Shown piece by piece: positions 46,054 through 55,090 of a stretch of 64,000 nucleotides of DNA (position 1 is the first letter of the stretch; each line of letters begins with the position of its first letter). Both the position numbers and the translations under genes were made by a program. The stretch spans positions 7,669 to 71,668 of the forward strand of contig JAPPNP010000014.1 of NCBI GenBank assembly GCA_028873795.1, written 5' to 3'. The notes below the pieces were generated by a model. The model ran no database searches, had not been told where the DNA came from, and saw nothing but the letters and a program-made list of their open reading frames with translations. The DNA comes from Chloroflexota bacterium (GTDB lineage Bacteria; Chloroflexota; UBA11872).

Positions 46054-47019
46054 CTAGCTCGCCGGACGCGTCAGCGGCGGCCGTGGCGCGGGTTGTGGGT
46101 CGCCCCACAATGCCGCCAGCAATGGGCCGTAGCCGTTGGCAAAGGCGGACGCCGACATCGCCTTGCGGCCTTCGGGTTGCAGCCGGGTGAGCCGAATCGC
46201 GCCCGATCCGCAGCCAACGACAAGCGAATCGCCATCGAGCGAGGCGCACCCGACCGGTGCGTCCTCCGCCGACGGTTGCTCCATTTCCGCCGCCACGACG
46301 CGCCGCCCGCCGACTTGCACAAAGGCGCCGGGCCAGGGCTGGAATGCCCGCCACTGGTCGTAGAGCGCGCGCGCCGGTCGCCGCAGGTCAAGCTCGGCGT
46401 CGGCTCGCTCGAGGGGTCGGGTGACGGTGGCGGAATCGGGGTCTTGCGGCTGCGCCGTCAGGCGCCCGGCGACCCACCGATCAAGCATCTCGTCGAGCAA
46501 GTCCGCGCCCGCTTCGGCCAGGCGGTCGTGCAGGGCGGGCGCCGTCTCGCCGGCGCCGACGTCGACCTCACGCGCGGCGATCACCGGCCCTGTGTCCAGG
46601 CCGGCGTCCATGCGCATCAGCGTCACCCCCGTGCGAGTCAGCCCGTCGTGGATGGCCGCCTGGATCGGGGAAGCGCCGCGGTACGCGGGAAGCAGCGAGG
46701 GGTGAAGGTTCACCACGCCCACCGGCGCCAACTCGAGCAGCGACCGGCGCAGCAGTCGGCCATAGGCCACGACTACCACGACGTCCGGGCGCGCCGCGCG
46801 AATGCGCTCCAGGCTCGCCGCGTCATTCGGATTCGAGGGCTGCAGGGTGGGGAGACCAAGCTCGCGCGCCAATTCGATCACTTCGGGCGTGTGAGAGCGT
46901 CCGCGCCTGCCCGCCGGCCGGTCGGGCTGCGAGACGACCAGCTCGACGACTCCCCGCGCGTGGAGGCGACGCAGCGCCGGCAGCGCGAACGCCGGCGTGC
47001 CCAGAAAGACCACACGCAT
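46054..47019 (-). CDS. fmt: methionyl-tRNA formyltransferase
   Basis: MRVVF.GTP.FA.P.L and NLHPSLLPAYRGASPIQ. Confidence 0.9.
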   Translation of the reverse strand: MRVVFLGTPAFALPALRRLHARGVVELVVSQPDRPAGRRGRSHTPEVIELARELGLPTLQPSNPNDAASLERIRAARPDVVVVVAYGRLLRRSLLELAPVGVVNLHPSLLPAYRGASPIQAAIHDGLTRTGVTLMRMDAGLDTGPVIAAREVDVGAGETAPALHDRLAEAGADLLDEMLDRWVAGRLTAQPQDPDSATVTRPLERADAELDLRRPARALYDQWRAFQPWPGAFVQVGGRRVVAAEMEQPSAEDAPVGCASLDGDSLVVGCGSGAIRLTRLQPEGRKAMSASAFANGYGPLLAALWGDPQPAPRPPLTRPAS

Positions 47020-47058
47020 GCCGTCACCCGCCTCGGGCCGCGCGCCGCGACGGCATGT

Positions 47059-47559
47059 CTACGACGCCCGCAGTCGTCGCGCTTCGTCCGAGGACGGATC
47101 GACGAATCGCAGCGCATCTGGATCCGTCAGCCGATCGGTGAAGATCACGCCGTCCAGGTGGTCGATTTCGTGTTGAATCGCGCGCGCCAGGAGTCCGGTC
47201 GCCTCGCGTCGCAGCGGTTGCCCCCCGGCGTCCAACGCCCGCACCCTGATCGTCACGGCGCGTTCCACGGGTCCGTACCAGTTCGGCAGGCTTAGGCAGC
47301 CTTCGTCCGCGACTTCCGATCCATTGGTCCAGACGATTTCGGGGTTCACCAGCGCCAGCCGGTCGTCGTCGACGCCGACCACGACCAACCGCCAGGGACG
47401 TCCGATCTGATTGGCCGCCACGCCCACGGCTTGGTGATGGTCCATAGTGGCGAACATGTCGTCGATCATGCGGCGGATGCCCGGCGTCACGCTGCCAATG
47501 CGGCTGGACTTTCGCCGCAGCATCGGGTGATCGACGGGTAGCACTGGAAGAGCTGGCAT
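47059..47559 (-). CDS. def: peptide deformylase
   Basis: All three motifs are present: GVAANQIG, EGCLSLP and QHEIDHLDG. Confidence 0.95.
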   Translation of the reverse strand: MPALPVLPVDHPMLRRKSSRIGSVTPGIRRMIDDMFATMDHHQAVGVAANQIGRPWRLVVVGVDDDRLALVNPEIVWTNGSEVADEGCLSLPNWYGPVERAVTIRVRALDAGGQPLRREATGLLARAIQHEIDHLDGVIFTDRLTDPDALRFVDPSSDEARRLRAS

Positions 47560-47569
47560 ATGTGCCTTT

Positions 47570-50011
47570 TTATGTCAACTCGATGGGATCGACGTCAATC
47601 GTCCAGCCGCGGTGCAACTCCGGCAAGACCTTGCGAGCATCGGCGCCAAATAGCAACAACTGCCACACATATTGCCCGCGCCGGCGGTGCAATGCGGCCG
47701 GCGCCGGACCGAGAATCTCGAGGTCGAGCGATTCGGCGGCGGCGGCGATCGTCTCGAGCTCACGGCGCGCCCGCCGCGCTTCCGCCGCCGCCCGCTCGTC
47801 GTCGGCATGCGCGAAGGTCGCCCGCGCCACGGGCCGGAACGGGGGAAGCCCCTCGGCTTGGCGCTCCGCCAGCTCAGCACGGTAGAAGTGCTCCCAGTCG
47901 CCGAGTTGCAGCGCCTGGGTGACGTGGTGGCGCGGCATCAGGGTCTGCACCACCAGGCGCCCCCCGTCTGCGCCGCCAGTCACCAGCCGCCGCAGCCGCA
48001 TGAGGTTGATGAACACGCGTTCGGGCGCCAGAAAGTCGGGAAACCGGAGCCCCACGTCGGCTTGCACAATTCCCAGAAACTGGGCGCGCAAGGCGGTGCC
48101 AAACCCCGCCAGTCGTTGCGTTCCGACGAGCACGTCGACTCCTTCACCGCGCTCGAAGGCGCTCACCGCCGCTTCCACGTCGCGCGCCGGCCGGTCGCTA
48201 TCCACCCGCGCCACGCGTGATCTGGGAAAGAGATGACTCACCGCCTCCGCCACGGCCTCGGTGCCATAGCCCCAGAGCCGCAGGCGGCGGCCCTGGCACA
48301 CCGGGCACTCGCGCGGCGGGTCCTCGCGCCAGTTGCAGACGTGGCACAGCAGAACTGCCGCGTCCCGATGCTGGACCATGCCGGTGCTGCACCGGGGACA
48401 ACCGAAGACATACCCACAGTCGCGGCACACGGTGAGGGTGGCCGTACCCCGGCGATTGACGAAGAGCACGGCGCGGCCGTCGTTCTGCAGGACGTGTCGC
48501 AGGGCCTCGAACAACCGGCGTGAGATGACGCCGTGGCGGCCCACCGTCACCGCGCCGCGCATGTCCACCACGTCAGCGTCGGTTCCGGGCTTGGGCGTTT
48601 CCGACGCAGGCTCCTTGCAATGGTGCGGTTGCGGCTTCAGTGCAGTCGGGCGAACGCTGACCAGGCGGGAGCGACTGGTCTCAACGTCGTAGAACGACTT
48701 AACGCTCGGCGTTTCGCTGCCCAGCACCAGGGGGCAACGGCTCAGCTCGGCCAGGCGCCGAGCGACGACGCGCGCGTGAAAGCGAGGCGTGTTGCGGCTC
48801 TTGTGCCCCGCGTCTTCCTCGCGGTCCACGATCACGACTCCCGGCCGAGCCAATGGCGCAAACGCGACCGCTCGGGTGCCGACCAACACGTCCACCGTGC
48901 CCTTGCGGGCCGCCATCCACAGGGCAACGCGCTCGGCATCGGTCCTCGCCCGCCCGGCTTCCGCGACCTTGGCCTCGACCCTGGGCGCCAGCCAATCGGC
49001 GAGGCGGACTGACGTGCGCACGTCGGGCGCGACCACGAGCGCCTGCCGGCCGCCGCTCACCACGTGATCGATCGATTGCGCGTATATCGACCAGCGGTCG
49101 ACTTCGTCGCCTTGGAGCAGGGCCGCATCCGCGTTTTCGTCCCCAAGCATGGTTTGGATGTCCAACCAGGCTTCCGAGTCGGCGGCCCCGGCGGTGACCT
49201 TCTCCGGGCTCACGCCGTCGACCAGGAACGGGGTAGTCGGACGCCGCTCGACGCGCGCCAGCCCCCGTGCGACCAGCGCGCGCAGGATCGGCTGACCGAC
49301 GCCCGCGCTGCGCAAGACCTGCGGCACGGGCAGGGGCTCGTCCGCGGCGGCGAGCACCTGCCATAGCGCGCGCTGCTTCGGCGCGCGAGCCAACCGCGCG
49401 TCGACCGAGCCCGAGTCATCGACCGTCGCCGCGGACACCAGCCGCTCGCCCGCCGGCTGGGGCAGGTGCACGGAAATGCGCCGATCGACGAGTCCCAGGG
49501 CGACCAGCCGCCGAACGCCCGCGCGCGCGGCGGTCTTGCCGGCCGTGCGCCGAATCTCGGCCTCGGAAGCTTCCCCCCGTTGGCGGATCAGTTCCAGGGT
49601 CCGGGATTCCGCCGGGGCAAGCTCGACTTGCGGCTGGGAGCCGTTCGACGCCACCGCATATGTCGACCGCAGGTGCCGCGCCAGTCCCGGCGGCAATGCC
49701 AGATTCACCGCGTCCAAGATCGGTGCGGCGTAACGACGCGCGGTCCACTCGACGAGCTCACGATGTGTGGCGTCCAGGACTTCCGTGTCCCAGATGATGT
49801 CGAAGATGGGACGGGTCGCCTCGACCGGTGAGGCATCGCTCACCCGCAAGACGACGGCATGCGATTGGCGGGTGCCAAACGGCACCAGAACCAATTGCCC
49901 GGGCCGCACTCGCCCTTCGAGGTGCACCGGAATCTCGTAGTGAAACGTCTGCGCGCCGCGCACGTCGCCCGCGCCGACGACGACTTCCGCGAATCCTCTC
50001 GCGCCGGTCAC
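47570..50011 (-). CDS. priA: primosomal protein N' (replication restart helicase PriA)
   Basis: ORF 47570..50104, trimmed to GTG 50011, which overlaps the gmk stop as GTGA. The Cys-rich zinc region reads C..CG....CP.C......H......C..C........CP.C. Confidence 0.85.
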   Translation of the reverse strand: MTGARGFAEVVVGAGDVRGAQTFHYEIPVHLEGRVRPGQLVLVPFGTRQSHAVVLRVSDASPVEATRPIFDIIWDTEVLDATHRELVEWTARRYAAPILDAVNLALPPGLARHLRSTYAVASNGSQPQVELAPAESRTLELIRQRGEASEAEIRRTAGKTAARAGVRRLVALGLVDRRISVHLPQPAGERLVSAATVDDSGSVDARLARAPKQRALWQVLAAADEPLPVPQVLRSAGVGQPILRALVARGLARVERRPTTPFLVDGVSPEKVTAGAADSEAWLDIQTMLGDENADAALLQGDEVDRWSIYAQSIDHVVSGGRQALVVAPDVRTSVRLADWLAPRVEAKVAEAGRARTDAERVALWMAARKGTVDVLVGTRAVAFAPLARPGVVIVDREEDAGHKSRNTPRFHARVVARRLAELSRCPLVLGSETPSVKSFYDVETSRSRLVSVRPTALKPQPHHCKEPASETPKPGTDADVVDMRGAVTVGRHGVISRRLFEALRHVLQNDGRAVLFVNRRGTATLTVCRDCGYVFGCPRCSTGMVQHRDAAVLLCHVCNWREDPPRECPVCQGRRLRLWGYGTEAVAEAVSHLFPRSRVARVDSDRPARDVEAAVSAFERGEGVDVLVGTQRLAGFGTALRAQFLGIVQADVGLRFPDFLAPERVFINLMRLRRLVTGGADGGRLVVQTLMPRHHVTQALQLGDWEHFYRAELAERQAEGLPPFRPVARATFAHADDERAAAEARRARRELETIAAAAESLDLEILGPAPAALHRRRGQYVWQLLLFGADARKVLPELHRGWTIDVDPIELT

Positions 50012-50664
50012 GGTTCGACGGGAGGATCGCTCCAGGGGCGCAGCGCCGCGGGATCCACGCGCCGCGGGTACTCCCGCAGCCGCTCCGCCATGACGATGTC
50101 CCATACCCGGTCAGCAGTGGCTTCGAGCTCTCCCGTTGGATTGGACACGCGATAGTCCGCGTGGGAGGCAAAGTCCATTTCAAAATCCAGCATGGCCTTC
50201 AGACGGCGTTCGGCCTCATCCGGCGATTCGGTGCCGCGGGCTTGGATGCGCCGCATGGCCTCCTCGACCGACGGCGGCTCGATAAAGATCACCACCGCCG
50301 CGGGAACCCGGCGCTGCACCTCGCGCGCGCCCTGCACGTCCAACCGCAGCACCACGTCTTCGCCGGCCTCGAGCGGATCCTGGACTTGATGCAGCGGGGT
50401 TCCGTAGAGCCGGCCGTAGACGCGCGCCGCCTCCAGGAACCACCCGGAGCGCAGGCGCGATTCGAACTCGGCAGGTTCGAGAAAGAAGTGGTCACGGCCG
50501 TCGATTTCTCCCTCCCTCGGCGCGCGCGTGACCGCCGTTGTGACCCACGCGACGTCCAAGCCGCGGCGCCGCAGCGTGCGCAGCACGCTGTCCTTCCCCG
50601 CCGCGGTCGGCGCCGTCACCAGGAACAGCAGGCCCTGCGGGGGAGGTGCGGCGTCTTGACTCAC
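50008..50664 (-). CDS. gmk: guanylate kinase
   Basis: TRAPREGE.DG.D..F, F.E.A.V.G..YGT and DVQGA..V are present. The P-loop reads APTAAGKD rather than the usual (G/A)PSG.GK(S/T). The GTG start overlaps the prmC stop (GTGA). Confidence 0.8.
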   Translation of the reverse strand: MSQDAAPPPQGLLFLVTAPTAAGKDSVLRTLRRRGLDVAWVTTAVTRAPREGEIDGRDHFFLEPAEFESRLRSGWFLEAARVYGRLYGTPLHQVQDPLEAGEDVVLRLDVQGAREVQRRVPAAVVIFIEPPSVEEAMRRIQARGTESPDEAERRLKAMLDFEMDFASHADYRVSNPTGELEATADRVWDIVMAERLREYPRRVDPAALRPWSDPPVEP

Positions 50665-51476
50665 CGGGCGCCTATCGGGCGGATCTCGAGCACTCGCGCG
50701 AATCCCGCCAGGTCTCGATGCACGGCATGAGCGGCGAATCCAGCCGCCGCGGCCAGGGCGGACACCCGGAGACGCTGGTCATGGGCCACTTCCAGCAGCA
50801 CGGCGAGCGGTTGGGTTGAGGCGCATTGACGCATCAGCCGTCGGAGCGCGGCAAGTCCATCTCGGCCGCCGTCGAGCGCCAGGCGTGGCTCCCACCGCGA
50901 CACTTCCGGCTCCAGCGTTGGGAGAGTCGCCGACGGCACGTAAGGCAGGTTGGCTGCCACAACGGTCCGCCTCGGGCACACTGCGCGCAACCCATCGGCG
51001 CGCACCAGGTGGACCGACGAGGCCACGCCCCACGCCTCGAGGTTGCGCCGCGCGACGCCCAGCGCCGCGTTCGAGACGTCGCTTGCAATCACGGGCACGT
51101 CCGGCATCCGGCGGGCCAGCGCCACCGCCACGGCGCCCGACCCCGTGCCCACGTCGATCACGGCGCGCGGACCCAACTCCCGAGCCGCGGCGACGGTCGC
51201 CTCCACCAGCGTCTCGGTTTCGGGACGCGGCACCAGGACATCGGCAGTCGTTTGGACCGAGCCATTGGCAAATGCCCGGCGTCCCACGATGTAGGCCACC
51301 GGCTCTCGCGCCGAGCGACGCTGGATCATGTCATCGAAGACCCGAGCTTGCCGCTTCGTAAGCCGTCGCTCGCCGCAGAGGGGTATCCGAGCCGGCTCCA
51401 CGCCCAACGCCTCACCGAGCAGCACGTTGGCATCCAGCAGCGGCGTGTCGACGCCCGCCGCGAGCAACCGGGTCAC
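50661..51476 (-). CDS. prmC: peptide chain release factor N5-glutamine methyltransferase
   Basis: PRPETE, SAM motif DVGTGSGA and the position directly downstream of prfA. Motif IV reads NLPY instead of NPPY. Confidence 0.85.
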   Translation of the reverse strand: MTRLLAAGVDTPLLDANVLLGEALGVEPARIPLCGERRLTKRQARVFDDMIQRRSAREPVAYIVGRRAFANGSVQTTADVLVPRPETETLVEATVAAARELGPRAVIDVGTGSGAVAVALARRMPDVPVIASDVSNAALGVARRNLEAWGVASSVHLVRADGLRAVCPRRTVVAANLPYVPSATLPTLEPEVSRWEPRLALDGGRDGLAALRRLMRQCASTQPLAVLLEVAHDQRLRVSALAAAAGFAAHAVHRDLAGFARVLEIRPIGAR

Positions 51477-51516
51477 GGCCTGTCGCCGACACGCGTCGAC
51501 GGTCCGGGGCTTGGCC

Positions 51517-52584
51517 TCAGCTAACGGCAGCCTTTACCCGCTCCTCCGCCGCGCGAGCTTGCAAGGCATCGACCAACCGGTCCAAGTCGCCGTCCAGGAT
51601 CCCGTCCAGATTGCGCAGCGTGAGCCCGATTCGGTGATCCGTGACGCGGTCCTGGGGAAAGTTGTAGGTGCGAATTTTCTCGCTGCGGTCACCCGAGCCG
51701 ATCTGGCCGCGGCGCAGCTCACCGCGCTCGTCCGCCTGGCGCTCGCGCTCCGCCTGCAGCAGGCGGGCGCGCAGGATGGCCATGGCCTTGGCGCGATTCT
51801 GGAGCTGCGATTTCTCGTCCTGCATGCTCACGGACGTGCCCGTGGGCAGGTGGGTCACACGCACGGCGGAGTCGGTGGTGTTCACGCTCTGCCCCCCGTG
51901 GCCGCTCGAACGAAACACATCCACGCGGATGTCCGACGCGGGGATATCCAGCTCGATGGCGTCGGCCTCCGGCAGCACGGCGACGCTGGCGGCCGACGTG
52001 TGGATGCGCCCGCTCGCCTCCGTGACGGGAACCCGCTGCACGCGGTGCACGCCGCTCTCGTGCCGAAAGAGGCCGTAGGCGCCGTCGCCGACGAGCCGCA
52101 GCACCCCCTCCTTGAGGCCGCCGATGCCGGTCTCGTTCGTCGACATCACCTCGGTCTTCAGGCCGCGCCGCTCGGCCAGGCGCATGTACATCCGCATCAG
52201 CTCTTTGGCGAACAGGCCGGCCTCATCTCCGCCGGTGCCCGCGCGCAGCTCGACGATGGCGTTGCGCTCGTCGTCAGGGTCCCGGCCGACCAGCCGCTCG
52301 CGCACGTCGTCGTCGATCGCGGTCAGCTCTTCCTCGGCCGTCGCAAGCTCGTCGGCGGCCAGCTCGGCGAGCTCGGGGTCCGGCGAATCAACCAAGTCGC
52401 GGGCTTCCTCGATGCGGTCATTCAGTTCCATCCACCGGTCGCGCAGCCGAACCAGCGGCGTCAAGCGCGACAGCTCTTTCGACAGCGCGGCAAGCTGCGC
52501 CGGGTCGCCGGTCACGGCGGGATCGGCCAGCTTGGTCGTGATCTCCTCGGAGCGCGCGTGCAGCGCGTGCAGCCGGTCAAGCAT
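51517..52584 (-). CDS. prfA: peptide chain release factor 1
   Basis: ORF trimmed to ATG 52584, overlapping the upstream stop by 8 nt. Contains the PVTE tripeptide-anticodon region (RVQRVPVTE) and SGHGGQSVNT (GGQ). Confidence 0.95.
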   Translation of the reverse strand: MLDRLHALHARSEEITTKLADPAVTGDPAQLAALSKELSRLTPLVRLRDRWMELNDRIEEARDLVDSPDPELAELAADELATAEEELTAIDDDVRERLVGRDPDDERNAIVELRAGTGGDEAGLFAKELMRMYMRLAERRGLKTEVMSTNETGIGGLKEGVLRLVGDGAYGLFRHESGVHRVQRVPVTEASGRIHTSAASVAVLPEADAIELDIPASDIRVDVFRSSGHGGQSVNTTDSAVRVTHLPTGTSVSMQDEKSQLQNRAKAMAILRARLLQAERERQADERGELRRGQIGSGDRSEKIRTYNFPQDRVTDHRIGLTLRNLDGILDGDLDRLVDALQARAAEERVKAAVS

Positions 52585-53536
52585 GCGGCACGACCACCGG
52601 CTGATCCGCCGGCCGAAGCCGGGCCAGCTGCCCTTCGTCCTCCAGCACCCGGTCCATGGCCGCAATGGCTACCTCGACCTGGTCGTCGTCGGGCTCGCGC
52701 GTGGTCAAGCGCTGCACCCACATGCCGGGCGCCGCGACGATGCGCGCCACCAAGTGCGATCGGTAGTGCGCCGTGAGCATGATCAGCTCGAATCCGACGC
52801 CGGCGATCAGCGGCAACAACGCAATCCGCGACAGCACGCGCAGGACGAACGGCGGCCGCCCCAGAAACGCAAACACAATGATCGAAATCACCACCAGCAT
52901 CACCAGAAACGCCGTGCCGCAGCGCGGATGCGCCAGGCTCTGCCGCTGCACGTTGGCGGTGGAGAGCTGCTCACCGGCTTCCAGGGCATTGATGGTCTTG
53001 TGCTCGGCGCCGTGATACATCCAGACGCGTCGAATGTCGGGCATGAGGCCGATGCCGCCGAGGTAGGCAATGAACACCGCCAGTCGCACGGCGCCTTCGA
53101 TGATGTTGCTCACCAGGTCGGATTCCACGTTCGGGTCGGCAAATGAGGTGATGACCAGCGGCAGGACGAAGAACAGCGCCACGCCGAGCGCCAGGCCTAC
53201 CACCAGGCTGCCGGTGACGTAAGCCGAGGACTCTTCGCCCTCGGATTCAGCGTCTTCTTCCTCCGCCATCTGCACGCGCGCCGAAAAGCTGAGGGACCGC
53301 ATGCCGATGACGAGCATTTCCCACACCGCCACGACGCCGCGCAGGAAGTAGGCACGGCGCAGCCGCTGCGAGAGCCGATCGGGGTCGAGCGTCTCCGCCC
53401 GCAGCACGATGTGTCCCGCCGGGTGCCGCACGGCTGTGGCGAGCGCCTTGCGGCCGCGCATCATCACGCCCTCGAGCACGGCCTGTCCGCCGTAGTTGAT
53501 GCGCAGCTCGTTGCTCTGTGCGTCAGCCGCCATCAC
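52577..53536 (-). CDS. DUF1385 (YqhQ-like) membrane protein
   Basis: YGGQAV.EGVMMRG and GAEHK.IN, with C-terminal TM helices. It occupies the common position upstream of prfA-prmC. Confidence 0.75.
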   Translation of the reverse strand: MMAADAQSNELRINYGGQAVLEGVMMRGRKALATAVRHPAGHIVLRAETLDPDRLSQRLRRAYFLRGVVAVWEMLVIGMRSLSFSARVQMAEEEDAESEGEESSAYVTGSLVVGLALGVALFFVLPLVITSFADPNVESDLVSNIIEGAVRLAVFIAYLGGIGLMPDIRRVWMYHGAEHKTINALEAGEQLSTANVQRQSLAHPRCGTAFLVMLVVISIIVFAFLGRPPFVLRVLSRIALLPLIAGVGFELIMLTAHYRSHLVARIVAAPGMWVQRLTTREPDDDQVEVAIAAMDRVLEDEGQLARLRPADQPVVVPHA

Positions 53537-53592
53537 GTCAGCCGTCGGTCATTCCGGGAAGGAACCACGGCGCACACGCCGCGCAGCCGTAG

Positions 53593-53805
53593 CTAAGCCT
53601 TGACGCGCGCTCGCCTGCGGCGTCGTTCGAACCGCTCCACCTGGCCGGCGGTGTCGACCAGTCGCTGCTGCCCCGTGAAGAACGGGTGGCACTCGGCGCA
53701 CACGTCAACGTTGATGGCGGAAACCGTGGCGCGCGTCGTAAAGCTGTTGCCGCAGGCGCACGTGACGGTGCACTCGACGTATTCAGGGTGGATATCGGGC
53801 TTCAT
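53593..53805 (-). CDS. rpmE: 50S ribosomal protein L31
   Basis: MK.DIHPEY....V.C.CG..F.T, C..CHPF.TG and Q..VDT.G.V.RF. Confidence 0.95.
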   Translation of the reverse strand: MKPDIHPEYVECTVTCACGNSFTTRATVSAINVDVCAECHPFFTGQQRLVDTAGQVERFERRRRRARVKA

Positions 53806-53844
53806 GCAGCGTCTCCCGTGGACACCGCCAAACCTATCACAGGG

Positions 53845-54882
53845 TTAGCGCTCGGCCGCACGCGTCGGCTCGGCCGGCTGGCCGATGAGGCGGCGGCGGG
53901 GCAGGCGCGCCAAAACCAGCAGCAGCACCAGCAACAGCCCCATGAGGCCGACGAACGCGTAGACCTTGTTCACGCGCTCCACCAGAAGCGCAATGACGCC
54001 CAGTCCGCCCGCCACCACGTAGTAGAAGACCGCCACCACGGGCTGGGCCAGGCCCGCCTCCCACAGCCGATGATGCAGGTGCCGCGTATCGCGCGTGCTC
54101 ATGCTCCCGCCTTGCGCCACCCGACGCACGATGGACCAGGCGACTTCCAGGATCGGGACGCCAAGCACAAGCATCGCCGTGGCGATTTTCGCCGGCCCAA
54201 GAATGGCGATCACCGCCAGGCTGAACCCCAGAAAGTGCGAGCCGCTGTCGCCCATGATGATGCTGGCGGGGTAGAAGTTGAGCGGCAGAAACCCGAGCGA
54301 TACAGCGGCGAGCGCCAGCGCCAGCGTCGCGACATCGGGAAGGCCCAGGCGGCTGGAGAGCACCACCAGCACGAGGGCGGCAATCGTCGATACGCCGCCC
54401 GCCAGCCCGTCCTGGCCGTCCGTGAAGTTGATGGCGTTCATCATGCCGACGATCCAAAACAAGGTGAACGGCACGACGATCACCAGCGGCAGGTCGATCA
54501 CGCCGCCGAACGGGTTGCTGACCGCATCGATGCGAATGCCGCAGGCCAGCGGAATGGCGGCGGCCACGAGCTGAGCCAGGAACTTGTCGCGGGGACGGAG
54601 CCCGCGGATATCGTCGACGACCATCACGGCGACGATCACCGTCGCGCCGCCGAGAAGGCCGGCCAGCGCCAGATCGTAGGGATACGCCACCACCAACGCC
54701 ACGACCACGAACGCGGCGTACATCGCCACGCCGCCCAGCCGCGGCACCGGCTTGGCGTGGATTCGATCGGGCCCCGGCTGGTGCATCCAGCCACGCCGCC
54801 GAGCCACCGTGCGGGTCGCCAACGTCATGACGAGCACCAGCGGCGCGCCGATGGCCAGCGCGAGCCAGTTCACGTCGGTCAC
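53845..54882 (-). CDS. glycosyltransferase family 4 polyprenyl-phosphate HexNAc-1-phosphate transferase (WecA/TagO/MraY superfamily)
   Basis: 345 aa, polytopic, with DD..GL, NA.NF.DG.DGLA and MGD.GS.FLGF. Confidence 0.8.
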   Translation of the reverse strand: MTDVNWLALAIGAPLVLVMTLATRTVARRRGWMHQPGPDRIHAKPVPRLGGVAMYAAFVVVALVVAYPYDLALAGLLGGATVIVAVMVVDDIRGLRPRDKFLAQLVAAAIPLACGIRIDAVSNPFGGVIDLPLVIVVPFTLFWIVGMMNAINFTDGQDGLAGGVSTIAALVLVVLSSRLGLPDVATLALALAAVSLGFLPLNFYPASIIMGDSGSHFLGFSLAVIAILGPAKIATAMLVLGVPILEVAWSIVRRVAQGGSMSTRDTRHLHHRLWEAGLAQPVVAVFYYVVAGGLGVIALLVERVNKVYAFVGLMGLLLVLLLVLARLPRRRLIGQPAEPTRAAER

Positions 54883-54913
54883 GAGCCGCGCTCGGGCAAG
54901 GCGACGATTTGCA

Positions 54914-54943
54914 TTGACCGATGAATCATCCGGCTCCTAAGAT
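54914..54943 (+). promoter_or_regulatory. candidate sigma-70-type promoter (TTGACC-18 nt-TAAGAT) for the rpsU leader
   Basis: Hexamers read directly from the sequence: TTGACC at 54914-54919 and TAAGAT at 54938-54943. This is the best promoter-like match in the 209-nt wecA-like/rpsU intergenic region. Confidence 0.4.
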
Positions 54944-55039
54944 AGCGAGGGCTGCTGAGAGGCGGCTGGCAGAACTGGCTGTGCGTCGCCAGGAGGCACC
55001 TTTTTCGATACCCCCAGGCGTTGATCGCGACCGACTGAA

Positions 55040-55066
55040 GCCCGCCCAAGCGGCGGGTCTTTTATT
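55040..55066 (+). terminator. intrinsic-terminator-like hairpin (CCCGCC-CAAGC-GGCGGG) followed by TCTTTTATT
   Basis: Read directly from the sequence. It is oriented on the plus strand and lies about 25 nt upstream of the rpsU TTG start, with no plus-strand gene upstream. Confidence 0.5.
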
Positions 55067-55090
55067 GGCGGAAACGCCGAGGAGGAGTTC

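Noticed and set aside
50008-50104. Apparent 97-nt overlap between gmk and the 844-aa priA ORF
   Set aside because: The overlap is resolved by starting priA at GTG 50011, which forms a GTGA junction with the gmk stop. The extra 30 codons are Gly/Ala/Arg-rich and precede the conserved PriA N-terminus.
50560-50620. Non-canonical guanylate-kinase P-loop (APTAAGKD) as a sign of a pseudo-kinase
   Set aside because: The GMP-binding and lid motifs (TRAPREGE, YGT, DVQGA) are intact. NMP kinases tolerate variation after the P-loop Lys, as with Gly in adenylate kinases. Without an alignment I cannot call it inactive.
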